A DNA stretch of 55,980 nt. It comes from Macrostomum lignano. Lineage: Eukaryota. The position numbers and the translations under genes are program-made. The notes beneath the pieces are model-generated. The model worked only from the letters and a program-made list of their open reading frames with translations. It was not told the origin of the DNA and did no database searches. The stretch spans positions 1 to 55,980 of the forward strand of contig NIVC01000593.1 in the NCBI GenBank assembly GCA_002269645.1, given 5' to 3'. Positions 23,545-37,413 of this stretch are shown here, piece by piece; the first letter of the stretch is position 1; the number at the start of each line of letters is the position of its first letter.

Positions 23545-24345
23545 CCGTGTGTCTGTTCTGTGTCTATGTCTGTGTCTGTCTGTGTCTGTCTGTCTGTGTG
23601 TGTGTCTTTGCGTGTGTCTGTGTGTGTCTTTGTGTGTGTCTGCGTGTGTCTGTGTCTGTGTCTATGTCTGTGTCTGTCTGTGTCTATGTCTGTGTCTGTC
23701 TGTGTCTGTCTGTCTGTGTGTGTGTGTCTTTGCGTGTGTCTGTGTGTGTCTTTGTGTGTGTCTGCGTGTGTCTGTGTCTGTGTCTATGTCTGTGTCTGTC
23801 TGTGTCTATGTCTGTGTCTGTCTGTGTCTGTCTGTGTCTGTCTGTCTGTGTGTGTCTGTGTGTGTCTTTGTGTGTGTCTGTGTGTGTCTTTGTGTGTGTC
23901 TGTGTGTGTCTGTGTGTGTCTATGTGTCTGTGTATTTGTCTATGTGTACCTGTCTGTGTCTATGTATATAGCTATCTGTGTCTGTCTGGGTCTGTCTGTC
24001 TGTATGTGTCTGTGTCTATCTCTGTGTGTCTCTGTGTGCCTGTGTGTCTCTGTGTGCCTGTGTGTTTCTGTGTGAGTCTGTGTGAGTCTGTGTGAGTCTG
24101 TGTGAGTCTGTGTGAGTCTGTGTGAGTCTGTGTGAGTCTGTGTGAGTCTGTGTGAGTCTGTGTGAGTCTGTGTGAGTCTGTGTGTGCCTGTGTGTGTCTG
24201 TGTGTGTCTGTGTGAGTCTGTGTGAGTCTGTGTGAGTCTGTTTGAGTCTGTTTGAGTCTGTGTGAGTCTGTGTGAGTCTGTGCGAGTCTGTTTGAGTTTG
24301 TGTGTGTCTGTGTGTGTCTGTGTGAGTCTGTGTGTGTCTGTGTCT
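23545..24345. repeat. Compound TG/TGTC microsatellite grading into (TGTGAGTCTG)n
   Basis: Directly visible. Confidence 0.95.
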
Positions 24346-24846
24346 GTCTTGGTGTAAGAATTTAAGTCTGCCTGTCAGTCTATGAGTCTGTTTGTGTCTG
24401 TCTATATGTCTGCCCATGTCTGTCTTTCTGACTGTCGTCTGTTTTTGTATCCGTCTGTCATTATCCCTGTATCTGCAGCAGCATTTTAGTTTATCATTGC
24501 ATGTTTTCTCACCTTCCTGTATCAATCTGTCTGACTATATCTATTTAGATACTCATATTTCGACCAAAACTGAGGTGCAACGTCAGCTAACCAAGCGCCC
24601 CTATCAAGCGCAGCTATTGCAGCACTGAGCAGGCAGACTGCACAAGCGCAAAATGATTTAGCAGTTCTCAATTAGCCTTGCGTTATTCGCTGCCGACTGC
24701 CTGGGCCAATCGCAGCTGTCACTCGCCTCCGCTCTATAGGAAAGGCCATATAGAAAAACAAGCCAAGTGCTACAGAACAGTTTTGCATGCTGCTAGTTGG
24801 AACACACTGCAAAGCATTTCTTGTCAGTCTCCTTCACGGATCAACT

Positions 24847-25060
24847 ATGGGGAGAAATCCCGTAACGTCGGAGTCGTCTGACGGCAGACGGTGTCGCATC
24901 GGCGGCTGCCGGCTGACCACCTGCTGCCTGCTGCCGCTGCTGTTGTACTTGCTGCTGGCCACCGTGAATGGCTTGCTGGTGGCCGCCAGCGCTGCCGGAG
25001 CCGAGACGGCCGGCTCGATGCGCAGTCGAATATTTCTGGACAGGCTGGCGCTGTATAAGG
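24847..25060 (+). CDS. EVA-1-like SUEL-lectin receptor, exon 1 (signal peptide/anchor)
   Basis: MGRNPVT...CCLLPLLLYLLLATVNGLLVAASA is a hydrophobic signal. Donor GTGAGC at 25061, phase 1. Model join(24847..25060,30354..30634,38456..38606,38741..39034,39473..39682,43008..43513) gives 1656 nt with all phases consistent. Confidence 0.75.
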
Positions 25061-25071
25061 GTGAGCGGCTT

Positions 25072-26040
25072 GGGTGAATGTAGGATTGGTGTGGGTGAAT
25101 GTAGGATTGGTGTGGGTGAATGTAGGATTGGTGTGGGTGAATGTAGGATTGGTGTGGGTGAATGTAGGATTGGTGTGATTGAATGTAGGATTGGTGTGGG
25201 TGAATGTAGGATTGGTGTGATTGAATGTAGGATTGGTGTGGGTGAATGTAGGATTGGTGTGGGTGAATGTAGGATTGGTGTGGGTGAATGTAGGATTGGT
25301 GTGTGGGTGAATGTAGGATTGGTGTGGGTGAATGTAGGATTGGTGTGGGTGAATGCAGGATTGGTGTGGGTGAATGTAGGATTGGTGTGGGTGAATGCAG
25401 GATTGGTGTGATTGAATGTAGGATTGGTGTGGGTGAATGTAGGATTAGTGTGGGTGAATGTAGGATCGGTGTGGGTGAATGTAGGATCGGTGTGGGTGAA
25501 TGTAGGATTGGTGTGGTTGAATGTAGGATTGGTGTGGGTGAATGTAGGATTGGTGTGGGTGAATGTAGGATTGGTGTGGGTGAATTTAGAATTGGTGTGG
25601 GTGAATGTAGGATTGGTGTGGGTGAATGTAGGATTGGTGTGGGTGAATGCAGGATTGGTGTGGGTGAATGTAGGATTGGTGTGGGTTAATTTAGAATTGG
25701 TGTGGGTGAATGTAGGATTGGTGTGGGTGAATGTAGGATTGGTGTGGGTGAATGTAGGATTGGTGTGGGTGAATGTAGGATTGGTGTGGGTGAATGTAGG
25801 ATTGGTGTGGGTGAATGTAGGATTGGTGTGGGTGAATGTAGGATTGGTGTGGGTGAATGTAGGATCGGTGTGGGTGAATGTAGGATTAGTGTGGGTAGCA
25901 TTCACCCACAGTCATTAGTGTGGGCGAATGTAGGATTGGTGTGTGGGTGAATGTAGGATTGGTGTGGGTGAATGTAGGATTGGTGTGGGTGAATGTAGGA
26001 TTGGTGTGGGTGAATGTAGGATTGGTGTGGGTGAATGTGC
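25072..26040. repeat. 21-bp minisatellite (GTGGGTGAATGTAGGATTGGT)n
   Basis: About 45 copies, starting ~11 bp after the donor. Confidence 0.95.
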
Positions 26041-26529
26041 TACTTGTGTAGATGAATTTGTGACTCTGTGAGTGAATATGTGGCTGATGGGTGAAATTGT
26101 GACCATGGTTTGTGTGACTTGATTTTGACTGATTGACTGTTTGGTTAATGTGTGTCAAGTAGGTTAGGGTTTTAAGATAGTCTAATAGGTTTTATTAACG
26201 TTTGGTGGTCAGTGGTGGACATTGTGAATATTCGATGTAAAATTCTGTGCCTTATGCACATCATGTGTTTTGTAAGTTATGCCTGTAATTCCATTTTACC
26301 CGAGAATCTCGCTACTCACTTGGAGTGCAGGCGTGAGAACCAACTGAAATGCTCGTTTAATACCCGCTTCTTTTTGGCCTGATTTTGTTTAGAGACTTTT
26401 GCTTATGCTTTCTTTTGTATGCATATAATATAATACATCAAGGGCATCTGGGTAAAATGGCTTTAGTTGTTTGAAAATTACATGAAAACAGTAAGCTATG
26501 TGTATACAGTAATAGACTGGGCATATGAA

Positions 26530-26820
26530 TAGAGATGGATTGCTAATCTAGTCAAGAGTATAGAAATAGAGGTGGATTGCTAATCTAGTCAATGAGTATA
26601 GGAAATAAAAGATGGATTGCTAATCTAGTCAATGAGTATAGGGCATAGAGATGGATTGCTAATCTAGTCAATGAGTATAGGAAATAAAAGATGGATTGCT
26701 AATCTAGTCAATGAGTATAGGAAATAAAAGATGGATTGCTAATCTAGTCAATGAGTATAGGAAATAAAAGATGGATTGCTAATCTAGTCAATGAGTATAG
26801 GAAATAAAAGATGGATTGCT
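26530..26820. repeat. 40-bp minisatellite (GATGGATTGCTAATCTAGTCAATGAGTATAGGAAATAAAA)n
   Basis: About 7 copies. Confidence 0.93.
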
Positions 26821-28032
26821 GACTCACTGACTAAGGAACAGCAGTGACTGCTACCTATCGCACTGATGATTGGATGGTGAATATTTCCTGAACCTCAAGT
26901 GTTAATACTATTAGAATATTTATTTTGCAACAGTGAAGCAGAATCGTCCACAGAGTATATTCTGTGGAATCGTCTGCTTCTTTAGCGGATTCGGGTTAAA
27001 GCAAATTATTTGTGCGCTGGTTGGCCGGATTTAATGATGCTTGGTCAGGAGGAGGCCCTTGCAATGGGCGCTCGGAAGCCGTGATATCGAACGCAAATAC
27101 CACCTCGCTGGAGAGGGGACGACCAGGCCACAACGCCATCGCAGAATTCTGTTGTCTTCCACTCTCTCTCTCCTAATACTTTCTATGCCAGCTTAATCTT
27201 ATATAGTTCCCGTGGCCCGAGCTACCCCAACCTGCAGCGGTTTATTGCCATTCACTTCTAAACTAAAGAAGACTAAGGAGCAAAAGAAGAAGCTTCTGTG
27301 TTGGTATAGAACTGCCTCTGTCATATCTATGCGGGCCTATTGTAAACACCCTAACCAATGTGGGACATTGCGTTATTCTTGGGCTGAATTGTGCCAATTT
27401 TATTGCCGTGGAGCCCCGCGAAATGTGGGATGGGATGTGACATTTCCGCAACTGGCTGTTCGGGATTTATAAATATATAACTTTATTGTGTGGGGACTTC
27501 ATCCAGCTTTATTAGACACTTTTGACAGGGCCTGACTCGAAATGCGTGTGTCCTCCCGTGTTTCACCTCTGCTACTACTGACAGCCCTAGCTCGCCCTCA
27601 GTACCCAACCCTGTATGACTCTATCTCCACATTTTTTCTCACTCAAGACCGCTAAGCATCCCCAGAAAGCGATATGCAACACGCTCTCCTCTATGCAGCT
27701 TGAGTGGCTTCACTGGAAGCAAATACTTCTGCTGCTGCTGCTGCTGCTGCTGCAATTCTGTGAGGGTAGGACAGCAGATTGCCCTGTAGAGTCACACCGT
27801 TGAATGCGAAAGTGGAAGATGACGAATGGAATGGAATTTGAGCCACAACAAGCGATGGGAGAAACCCGTATATAAGGACACAAGATGGGGATTTTTTATT
27901 GACTTCGATTTGCGTGGAAACTGAATGGGCAGATGAAGAGGTGAATATGGAAGGCCCGTTTAAATCATTAGTGAATTGCAATAACTCTGCCAGTTACCAT
28001 AGACAGCCAGCAATAATCTTTTACTTATTTGC

Positions 28033-29285
28033 GGCAGATAGAGAGGCATATAGAATGGTAGATAGAGCGGCAGATAGAGCAGCAGATACAGTGGCAGATA
28101 AAGCAGCAGATAGAGCAGCAGATAAGCGGCAGATAGAGCAGCAGATAGAGCGGCAGAAAGAGAAGCAGATAGAGCGGCAGATAGAGAGGCAGATAGAGTG
28201 GCAGATAGAGCGGCAGATAGAGCGGCAGAAAGAGCAGCAGAAAGAGCAGCAGATAGAGCGGCAGATAGAGTGGCAGATAGAGAGGCAGATAGAGCGGCAG
28301 AAAGAGCAGCAGAAAGAGTAGCAGATAGAGCGGCAGATAGAGCGGCAGATAGAGCGGCAGAAAGAGCAGCAGAAAGAGTAGCAGATAGAGCGGCAGATAG
28401 AGAGGCAGATAGAGTAGCAGATAGAGTGGCAGATAGAGCGGCAGATAGAGCGGCAGAAAGAGCAGCAGAAAGAGTAGCAGATAGAGCGGCAGATAGAGAG
28501 GCAGATAGAGTGGCAGATAGAGCGGCAGATAGAGAGGCAGATAGAGAGGCAGATAGAGAGGTGGATAGAGCGGCAGATAGAGCAGCAGATAAGCGGCAGA
28601 TAGAGCGGCAGATAGAGCAGCAGATAGAGTGGCAGATAGAGCGGCAGATAAAGCAGCAGATAGAGCGGCAGATAGAGCGGCAGATAGAGCGGCAGAAAGA
28701 GCAGCAGATAGGGCGGCAGATAGAGAGGCAGATAGAGTGGCAGATAGAGCAGCAGATAGAGCGGCAGAAAGAGCAGCAGATAGAGCGGCAGATAGAGAGG
28801 CAGATAGAGTGGCAGATAGAGCGGCAGATAGAGCGGCAGAAAGAGCAGCAGAAAGAGCAGCAGATAGAGCGGCAGATAGAGTGGCAGATAGAGAGGCAGA
28901 TAGAGCGGCAGAAAGAGCAGCAGAAAGAGTAGCAGATAGAGCGGCAGATAGAGAGGCAGATAAAGTGGCAGATAGAGCGGCAGATAGAGTGGCAGATAGA
29001 GCGGCAGATAGAGAGGCAGATAGAGAGGCAGATAGAGCGGCAGAAAGAGCAGCAGAAAGAGTAGCAGATAGAGCGGCAGATGGAGAGGCAGATAGAGTGG
29101 CAGATAGAGCGGCAGATAGAGTGGCAGATAGAGCGGCAGATAGAGAGGCAGATAGAGAGGCAGATAGAGAGGTGGATAGAGCGGCAGAAAGAGCGGCAGA
29201 AAGAGCAGCAGATAGAGCGGCAGAGGCAGATAGAGTGGCAGATAGAGCGGCAGATAGAGAGGCAGATAGAGAGGTGGATAGAGAG

Positions 29286-29335
<50 letters not shown>
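28033..29335. repeat. 12-bp minisatellite (GCAGATAGAGCG)n with variants, ending in (GA)n
   Basis: About 100 units. Confidence 0.95.
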
Positions 29336-29337
<2 letters not shown>

Positions 29338-30094
29338 GGATGCAGAAGTAGAGAGAGACTGGATAGAGGCAGAGAGAGAGGTAGATAGAGAGGTAGGTGA
29401 AGAGATGGAGCGAGCATCAGTTGATGGCCACGCGGAATAAATGTAATGCATATAAATAAAAGTATGAAGGGGGAGCAGAGAGATCAGCTGATAAGGCCCT
29501 GTGTCAGCAGACATCGAAAGCGAACTGCTATTCCATTCTCCCCAGGTAGAATCAGTCAGCAGCCTCCATGTTTCATTGCGAATCCAATCCAATCCTCTCT
29601 TCTCTGCGAGCCTAGCCTAGGGATAGTTGATGCAGATCTCACCGCCCACCTCTTCTTCCAGTCTCCCTATTGAGCCAAGCCAGCTGTTGCAGTCTCTATC
29701 CAAAATATCTATTGTTGTCTATCTCAATTTTTCGGCAGTAAAAGCGGAACGCTTGGGAGACAAAAACTGGGATTTCAGTACTGTTTCACTGGCTGATCTT
29801 CTAGCTCGCTTTGCCTATGAGACTGCAGAAGAGATTTGAGTTGAAAATTCTGCAAATTCTTTTGTTTAATAATGCTGCTGTCTGTTGCAGAAGCATCTGG
29901 ATCGTAAAATATTCGGATGGCAATTAAATCTGTTTCTGTCGGGCAGTGTCACAGTAAAAACTGCTCGCCTCTTTCATTTCCAGTCATTTGCACTTTTAAT
30001 AAAAAAAGCAGTTTTAACTCCCTTAGAAAAGAATGTGTTTGTTTTGTCACGTTTAAAAGCTCGCAAATTAGCTTGCGAATTTCTAATTTCTTGA

Positions 30095-30300
30095 AGGGCT
30101 TGAGCGGAGAGGAAGGACAGGGAGGAGGTGGGTGCAGGGCTTGAGCGGAGAGGAAGGACAGGGAGTGAGGTGGGTGCAGGGCTTGAGCGGAGAGGAAGGA
30201 CAGGGAGTGAGGTGGGTGCAGGGCTTGAGCGGAGAGGAAGGACAGGGAGGAGGTGGGTGCAGGGCTTGAGCGGAGAGGAAAGACAGGGAGTGAGGTGGGT
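30095..30300. repeat. 41-bp minisatellite (GGGCTTGAGCGGAGAGGAAGGACAGGGAGGAGGTGGGTGCA)n
   Basis: About 5 copies, ending ~50 bp before the acceptor at 30353. Confidence 0.93.
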
Positions 30301-30353
30301 GTTGTGCAAGCACTGTCATTATAAAATATGCACCAAAAACCTGCACTCCGCAG

Positions 30354-30634
30354 AGACTATCAAGCAGTTCGTCCGACTGGAACGCCGGGTTGCCTGCCCG
30401 AGCAAGTCTGCGGCAGTTCTCAGCTGCCCGAAGGACACTCAGATTATTGTCGACTCTGTCGAGCCAGTCCAGCACCGTATCGGCGTCGGCTCTGCTGGGT
30501 CGGCAGCGAGCGGCGGTGGTGGCGGCGGCGTTTGTCGGTCCGGAAACGGTGAAAACCTGACCAGAGATGACCCCGCCTCGCGGAGCCGCCTGTCCAAGGC
30601 GCTGTCCCGTTGCACTATTAGCCGGGCCGAGAAG
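30354..30634 (+). CDS. EVA-1-like receptor, exon 2 (first half of SUEL domain 1)
   Basis: Acceptor CTCCGCAG. Encodes VACPSKSAAVLSCPKDTQIIVDSV...C.... Donor GTAAGT at 30635, phase 0. Confidence 0.85.
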
Positions 30635-32012
30635 GTAAGTGTTTTCTTCATTTTAGAGTGGAAATAGTTTTATTCAAATATACACTTGCCATTCCGAAGC
30701 ACATTAGTCAAGTTTAAATGTACTTTTACTCCGAAATGCGGGAATGTTGATAACACATCAATAACACAGTGCTTATATTGCACAAAATTATCGCCAGTAA
30801 CTTGTTATCCATCTGAGCTAAATAATTTATACGAAGGAGAATAAAAATCCATCCCACCTGGTCTGTCAGTTGCCATGCAGCCGCCGGCAGTGCTAATAAT
30901 CAAACTGCACTCTCTGCTGCTTCCAGAAGCAGTTCCTTCTGCTTGAAAAATAAATTCAACCCCTGCAGCTGCCATCCGTCGGCTTCGCCGTCCAAAAACT
31001 CAAACCAGAAGTCCTCTTCCGCGCTCTGCGTGCGGTCTCTGGGGCGGGGCTGGAACAACCCTCATGTCCCTCCCGTACGAACAATGGGCCGCAGGCTGCT
31101 TCACCGGTGCATGATTGCTTCCTGAGGCCAAGCAAGACCCATCAAGATCTGACAGGCGGCTTGAGGACGGGATTCTGATCCCATCATTGCTGGGCGAACA
31201 GTTTTTGAAGGCCGATTTTCATACCTTCATTGCTTTTCTCTCAGATGTGGCCTAAAAGCTACTTATGGATGAAAAGTTTTCAATGCCGAAGCAGAATGGC
31301 ATAAAAAATTTGCTATTATTCTACCTGCACAGGCAGACCATAAATCATCCATCAGGTTTTATTGGCTGTCCATCATACTGGCGCCATGGCCGGCTCCTGT
31401 CATCTGGGAGGTCCCGTGTAGCCACAACCCATTGCTCAGCGCTCACTTAGCACTGGCAACAGATATCTCTGCTGCAGATGGATTGGAACATGTCCCAAAA
31501 ATTAGTCATCCCCTCATCTCGTTGATCCCAACTCCCCAGCTCCCATTCTGCATTCTCCTATTTGTCAGTCGCATCTCGCAGAGAAGGGAGGGAGGCAGGG
31601 GAGACCTGGCGAAGGGAGCTGTCATCATCTCAAAGCTCATCATCACGCCTGCCCTACTCTCCATGCAGTCTCCGGCTGCCCCTCATCTCTTTAAATCCAT
31701 CAGAGGCCGGTCTGGACTGTGTCGCAGGACTCCCAACCCCCAACTCCAATTTAATCCCCTTTAGTAGTAAGGCCTAATGGACCTGAGGGAGGGTGGGGCC
31801 GCCTCTATTCAGTTCGATTGGTTGACAAAAAAGTCAGGCAATGACAAGGGCTGCCACTGTGCAGCAGCTGATGCTCACTTTGAATGGAATGGCAAAGCAG
31901 TTAAAAGTGCATGCTCAGCTGCTCGAATCATTGATTGCAATTTTGTAAGCACTGTTTTAAACTATTACGTCATCAACTTGTTCAACACCACCCGACATGC
32001 AATCATGGTATT

Positions 32013-32770
32013 CCACTGTCACTCTTCCTATTGTCACTCTTCCTATTGTCACTTATTCCTATTGTCACTCTTCCTATTGTCACTCTTCCTATTGTCACTC
32101 TTCCTATTGTCACTCTTCCTATTGTCACTCTTCCTATTGTCACTCTTCCTATTGTCACTCTTCCTATTGTCACTCTTCCTATTGTCACTCTTCCTATTGT
32201 CACTCTTCCTATTGTCACTCTTCCTATTGTCACTCTTCCTATTGTCACTCTTCCTATTGTGTCACTCTTCCTATTGTCACTGTTTTTATTGTTTCACTCT
32301 TCTTATTTTCACTCTTCCTATTGTCACTCTTCCTATTGTGTCACTCTTCCTATTGTCACTCTTCCTATTGTCACTGTTTTTATTGTGTCACTCTTCTTAT
32401 TTTCACTCTTCCTATTGTCACTCTTCCCATTGTCACTCTTCCTATTTTCACTCTTCCTATTGTCACTCTTCCCATTGTCACTCTTCCTATTGTCACTCTT
32501 CCTATTGTGTCACTCTTCCTATTGTCACTCTTCCTATTGTCACTCTTCCCATTGTCACTCTTCCTATTGTCACTCTTCCTATTGTGTCACTCTTCCTATT
32601 GACACTCTTCCTATTGTCACCCTTCCTTTAGTCACTCTTTCTATTGTCACTCTTCTTATAGTCACTCTTCCTATTGTCACTCTTCCTACTGTCACCCTTC
32701 CATTGTCACTCTTCCTATTGTCGCTCTTCCTATTGTTACTTTTCCTATTGTCCTCTTATTGTCACTCTTC
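32013..32770. repeat. 15-bp minisatellite (ATTGTCACTCTTCCT)n
   Basis: About 48 copies. Confidence 0.95.
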
Positions 32771-33029
32771 TAATAGTAATTGCATTGATGTCACGACGAC
32801 TTCCAATTAAGAATTTTTCTCTTTCACAATTTCTCTCTACTCTCGTATATTCATACGTCGGCAGCACGTGTCACATTGCCACTCATCATGTCATTCGCAA
32901 AAGTAGTCAGCAAGTTCTTTTCCAATTCTCTCTCTCACTCCCACCAAAACTTCCTTTCTTCTCCGTTGTGCCCCTGCCGCCCTTGGCACTGAATTCAATC
33001 ACGCTGCTCTCAACCTTTTTGTATCTACG

Positions 33030-33985
33030 ACTCTGTCTCTCTGTCTGTCTCTCTGTCTCTCTGTCTCTCTGTCTCTCTGTCTCTCTGTCTCTCTGTCTCT
33101 CTGTCTCTCTGTCTCTCTGTCTCTCTGTCTCTCTGTCTCTGTCTCTCTGTCTCTCTGTCTCTCTGTCTCTCTGTCTCTCTGTCTCTCTGTCTCTCTGTCT
33201 CTCTGTCTCTGTCCCTTTGTCTCTCTGTCTCTGTCCCTTTGTCTCTCTGTCTCTCTGTCTCTCTGTCTCTCTGTCTCTCTGTCTCTCTGTCTCTGTCCCT
33301 TTGTCTCTCTGTCTCTCTGTCTCTCTGTCTCTCTGTCTCTCTGTCTCTCTGTCTCTCTGTCTCTCTGTCTCTCTGTCTCTGTCCCTTTGTCTCTCTGTCT
33401 CTCTGTCTCTCTGTCTCTCTGTCTCTCTGTCTCTCTGTCTCTCTGTCTCTCTGTCTCTCTGTCTCTGTCCCTTTGTCTCTCTGTCTCTCTGTCTCTCTGT
33501 CTCTCTGTCTCTCTGTCTCTCTGTCTCTCTGTCTCTCTGTCTCTGTCCCTTTGTCTCTCTGTCTCTCTGTCTCTCTGTCTCTCTGTCTCTCTGTCTCTCT
33601 GTCTCTCTGTCTCTCTGTCTCTCTGTCTCTGTCTCTCTGTCTCTCTGTCTCTCTGTCTCTCTGTCTCTCTGTCTCTCTGTCTCTCTGTCTCTCTGTCTCT
33701 CTGTCTCTCTGTCTCTCTGTCTCTCTGTCTCTCTGTCTCTCTGTCTCTCTGTCTCTCTGTCTCTCTGTCTCTCTGTCTCTCTGTCTCTCTGTCTCTCTGT
33801 CTCTCTGTCTCTCTGTCTCTCTGTCTCTCTGTCTCTCTGTCTCTGTCCCTTTGTCTCTCTGTCTCTCTGTCTCTCTGTCTGTCTGTCTGTCTGTCTCTCT
33901 GTCTCTCTGTCTCTCTGTCTCTCTGTCTCTCTGTCTCACTATCTGTCTCTCTGTCTCACTGTCTCTCTGTCTCTGTCCCTCTGTA
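33030..33985. repeat. (CTCTCTGT)n microsatellite
   Basis: About 950 bp of 8-bp units with CTCTGT/CCCTTTGT variants. Confidence 0.95.
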
Positions 33986-34519
33986 CTTACCGCTTGCACA
34001 GCCCATTTGCCCTCAGGCTGCAATAAAACAAATCTCCCGACCCTGCTTGACAAATAATTTATTAGAATTTCCCCTCTTAAGCCTCTATTCTTGAGCCGTG
34101 TCGAGGAGTGAGAAAGTCAATGGGTCTGTCGGACAAAAGTACATACTATTATTTTTTATTGGTATGCTGTAAACATTTCGATAAACATAACGTCTATAAA
34201 CTTATATGGCCGATATATTGGGCGCAAAAGCAATAAAACTCTAGCCTGTGTCTCCTGCCAAATAATATTGAACGACAGTGATTGACAGGTGCAGTGCCAA
34301 TCAGTTCACCTAGCAATATACAGATCCTACGGTTCGGGTTAGGCCTCTCTTCCTGGCCACAGGAAGACTTAGCTGAAAAACAAAATTACTGACAGCGCCA
34401 AGTCAGCTCTTGGCAGGCAGATGAACTGCGTTTTGGTGACTGGCTTTGCTGACCGCTGTAGCTTATGGCTCCGGGATCCGTTCTTTGAGTCTTTTAGAAG
34501 GGCACTTTAGGATACACCT

Positions 34520-35065
34520 TCCGCTGCTTCAGGAGAGCAGCCGCTACTCCCCCCCCTCTACTTCAGGAGAGCAGCCGCTACTCCCCCCCCCCCTACTTCA
34601 GGACAGCAGCCGCTACTCCCCCTACTTCAGGAGAGCAGCCGCTACTCCCCCCTCTACTTCAGGAGAGCAGCCGCTAATCCCCCCTCTACTTCAGGAGAGC
34701 AGCCGCTAATCCCCCCCTCTACTTCAGGAGAGCAGCCGCTAATCCCCCCTCTACTTCAGGACAGCAGCCGCTAATCCCCCCTCTACTTCAGGAGAGCAGC
34801 CGCTACTCCCCCCCTCTACTTCAGGAGAGCAGCCGCTAATCCCCCCTCTACTTCAGGAGAGCAGCCGCTACTCCCCCCTACTTCAGGAGAGCAGCCGCTA
34901 CTCCCCCCCCCTACTTCAGAAGAGCAGCCGCTACTCCCCCCCTACTTCAGGAGAGCAGCCGCTACTCCCCCCTACTTCAGGAGAGCAGCCGCTACTCCCC
35001 CCTACTTCAGGAGAGCAGCCGCTACTCCCCCCCCCCCCTACTTCAGGAGAGCAGCCGCTACTCAC
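34520..35065. repeat. ~31-bp minisatellite (CTACTTCAGGAGAGCAGCCGCTACTCCCCCC)n
   Basis: About 17 copies with a variable C-run. Confidence 0.95.
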
Positions 35066-35599
35066 TTTCCCAATTTCCCAATCATCAACTCGGCAATGCA
35101 TTGTGTCTCATACATTCTATGAAATAATCGACAAATTTCTGGGAAAATGATAATAGAAATAAGTCTTAGGCCAGAGCAGGGTAGAAGCGGCTGAGGCCAA
35201 CACGAAGAGGGCGCGGCTTCCTTGATTCAAAGAAACAACTTCCTAATTAGCTCCCTCGCGCCGGCCTTTCCTTCCTTTCTTTCCTCTTTCGGAAGCAGTT
35301 CGAGCGTGAAATTTGGCAGAGAGCTCAGCTTAATTGGCCGCCTCCACCGGCCTCCCCTACCTCGCTTTCTCACAAGCCGTCAAAGGAAGCAAAAAATATC
35401 TGGCGACGAGAGGAGAGGAGAGCTTGGGACCGGCTGCTCAACAAAAATTGACCCCATAAAAGAGGAGTGAAAAAGGGATGATTTTCAAACGAGCAATCGT
35501 TCTCTCTCTCCCTCTCTTTCTCTCTCTCTCTTTCTGTGCTTTTATCTACTTCTGCTAGACTACTCTCGGTACGTTACAGAAGAAAGGAGGGAAATCGGC

Positions 35600-36345
35600 G
35601 ACAGAGAGAGATGAGAGACAGAGAGATGGGAGACAGAGAGATGGGAGACACAGAGAGATGGGAGACAGAGAGAGATGAGAGACTGAGATAGATGGGAGAC
35701 AGAGAGATGGGAGACTGAGAGAAATGAGAGACTGAGATAGATGGGAGACAGAGCGATGAGAGACAGGGAGAGATGGAAGACAGAGAGAGATGAGAGACAG
35801 AGAGATGGGAGACAGAGAGATGGGAGACAGAGAGAGATGGGAGACAGAGAGAGATGGGAGACAGAGAGAGATGAGAGACAGAGAGATGGGAGACAGAGAG
35901 ATGGGAGACAGAGAGAGATGGGAGACAGAGAGAGATGAGAGACAGAGAGATGGGAGACAGAGAGATGGGAGACAGAGAGAGATGGAAGACAGAGAGAGAT
36001 GAGAGACTGAGATAGATGGGAGACAGAGAGATGGGAGACTGAGAGAAATGAGAGACTGAGATAGATGGGAGACAGAGCGATGAGAGACAGGGAGAGATGG
36101 AAGACAGAGAGAGATGAGAGACTGAGATAGATGGGAGACAGAGAGATGGGAGACAGAGAGAGATGAGAGACTGAGATAGATGGGAGACAGAGAGATGGGA
36201 GACTGAGAGAAATGAGAGACTGAGATAGATGGGAGACAGAGCGATGAGAGACAGGGAGAGATGGAAGACAGAGAGAGATGAGAGACTGAGATAGATGGGA
36301 GACAAAGAGATGGGAGACAGAGAGATGGGAGACAGAGTCTGAGAG
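35600..36345. repeat. Purine-rich compound repeat (GAGACAGAGAGATGG)n
   Basis: Directly visible. Confidence 0.92.
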
Positions 36346-37099
36346 AGAAAACGGGGACGGGAGAGAAAGTGGCTGTGCAAGAGGAAGTGAAACAGGTCTC
36401 TGCTCGAATGAACTTGAGGCTGGCTTGAATCCTTTAATAGGATTAAAAAGACTCGGGTTCGCTAAGCAGCATACCGCAGAATCTGCAGAAGCAAATGTTT
36501 TTACCTTTTAGTAAATAGAGAGAGGGCCGAGTGGCTTCATCGACTGTAGCCAACAAGCTTGGGGTGGCACGCAACGCAAGGCAAGGGAACTTCAGAAAGA
36601 AGAGAAACGAGACTCTACAGATTTATGGGCGCTGTAATATTCAGCATTTTTCACTGCCATTTGATTAGTCAACCCCTAGTTGTCTTAAAAATTTGAGTCA
36701 TTTCTACGTTTCTTTCACCACGTTGCAGTAATCTGCTTGCAATGTTTCACTGTAGCAATACATTTTTGGATTTTAATGAAGAAGAGAGACGGGGAGGCCG
36801 AGTCGGGGAGGGGGGTGGCGAAGCGCGTGCTGAAAATGAATTTCCAATCGGCTTTTGTTTTTCCGTCTCTGCACTTTTACCTTTTTTAAATCACCCGCGC
36901 AAAATCGGGGATCGGGAGGAGAGGAGCCTGGAGTAGAAAAGCATTGAAATGCCATAAATGGATTGGCAATCATGGGAATTAAATGATGGCATTCCCTAAA
37001 TTGGCAATGTCGAAATTTAGAACGAATTATGGAAATTTTTTTCCTGATCATTGAAAAATGCCATGGAAGCACGCATCACGGAATAGGAGGTCTGTAGAT

Positions 37100-37413
<314 letters not shown>

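Noticed and set aside
24841-25070. Minus-strand Gln-rich reading of the EVA-1-like first exon
   Set aside because: It is the antisense shadow of the Leu-rich signal peptide (CTG/CAG). The plus strand has the ATG, donor and phase-matched next exon.
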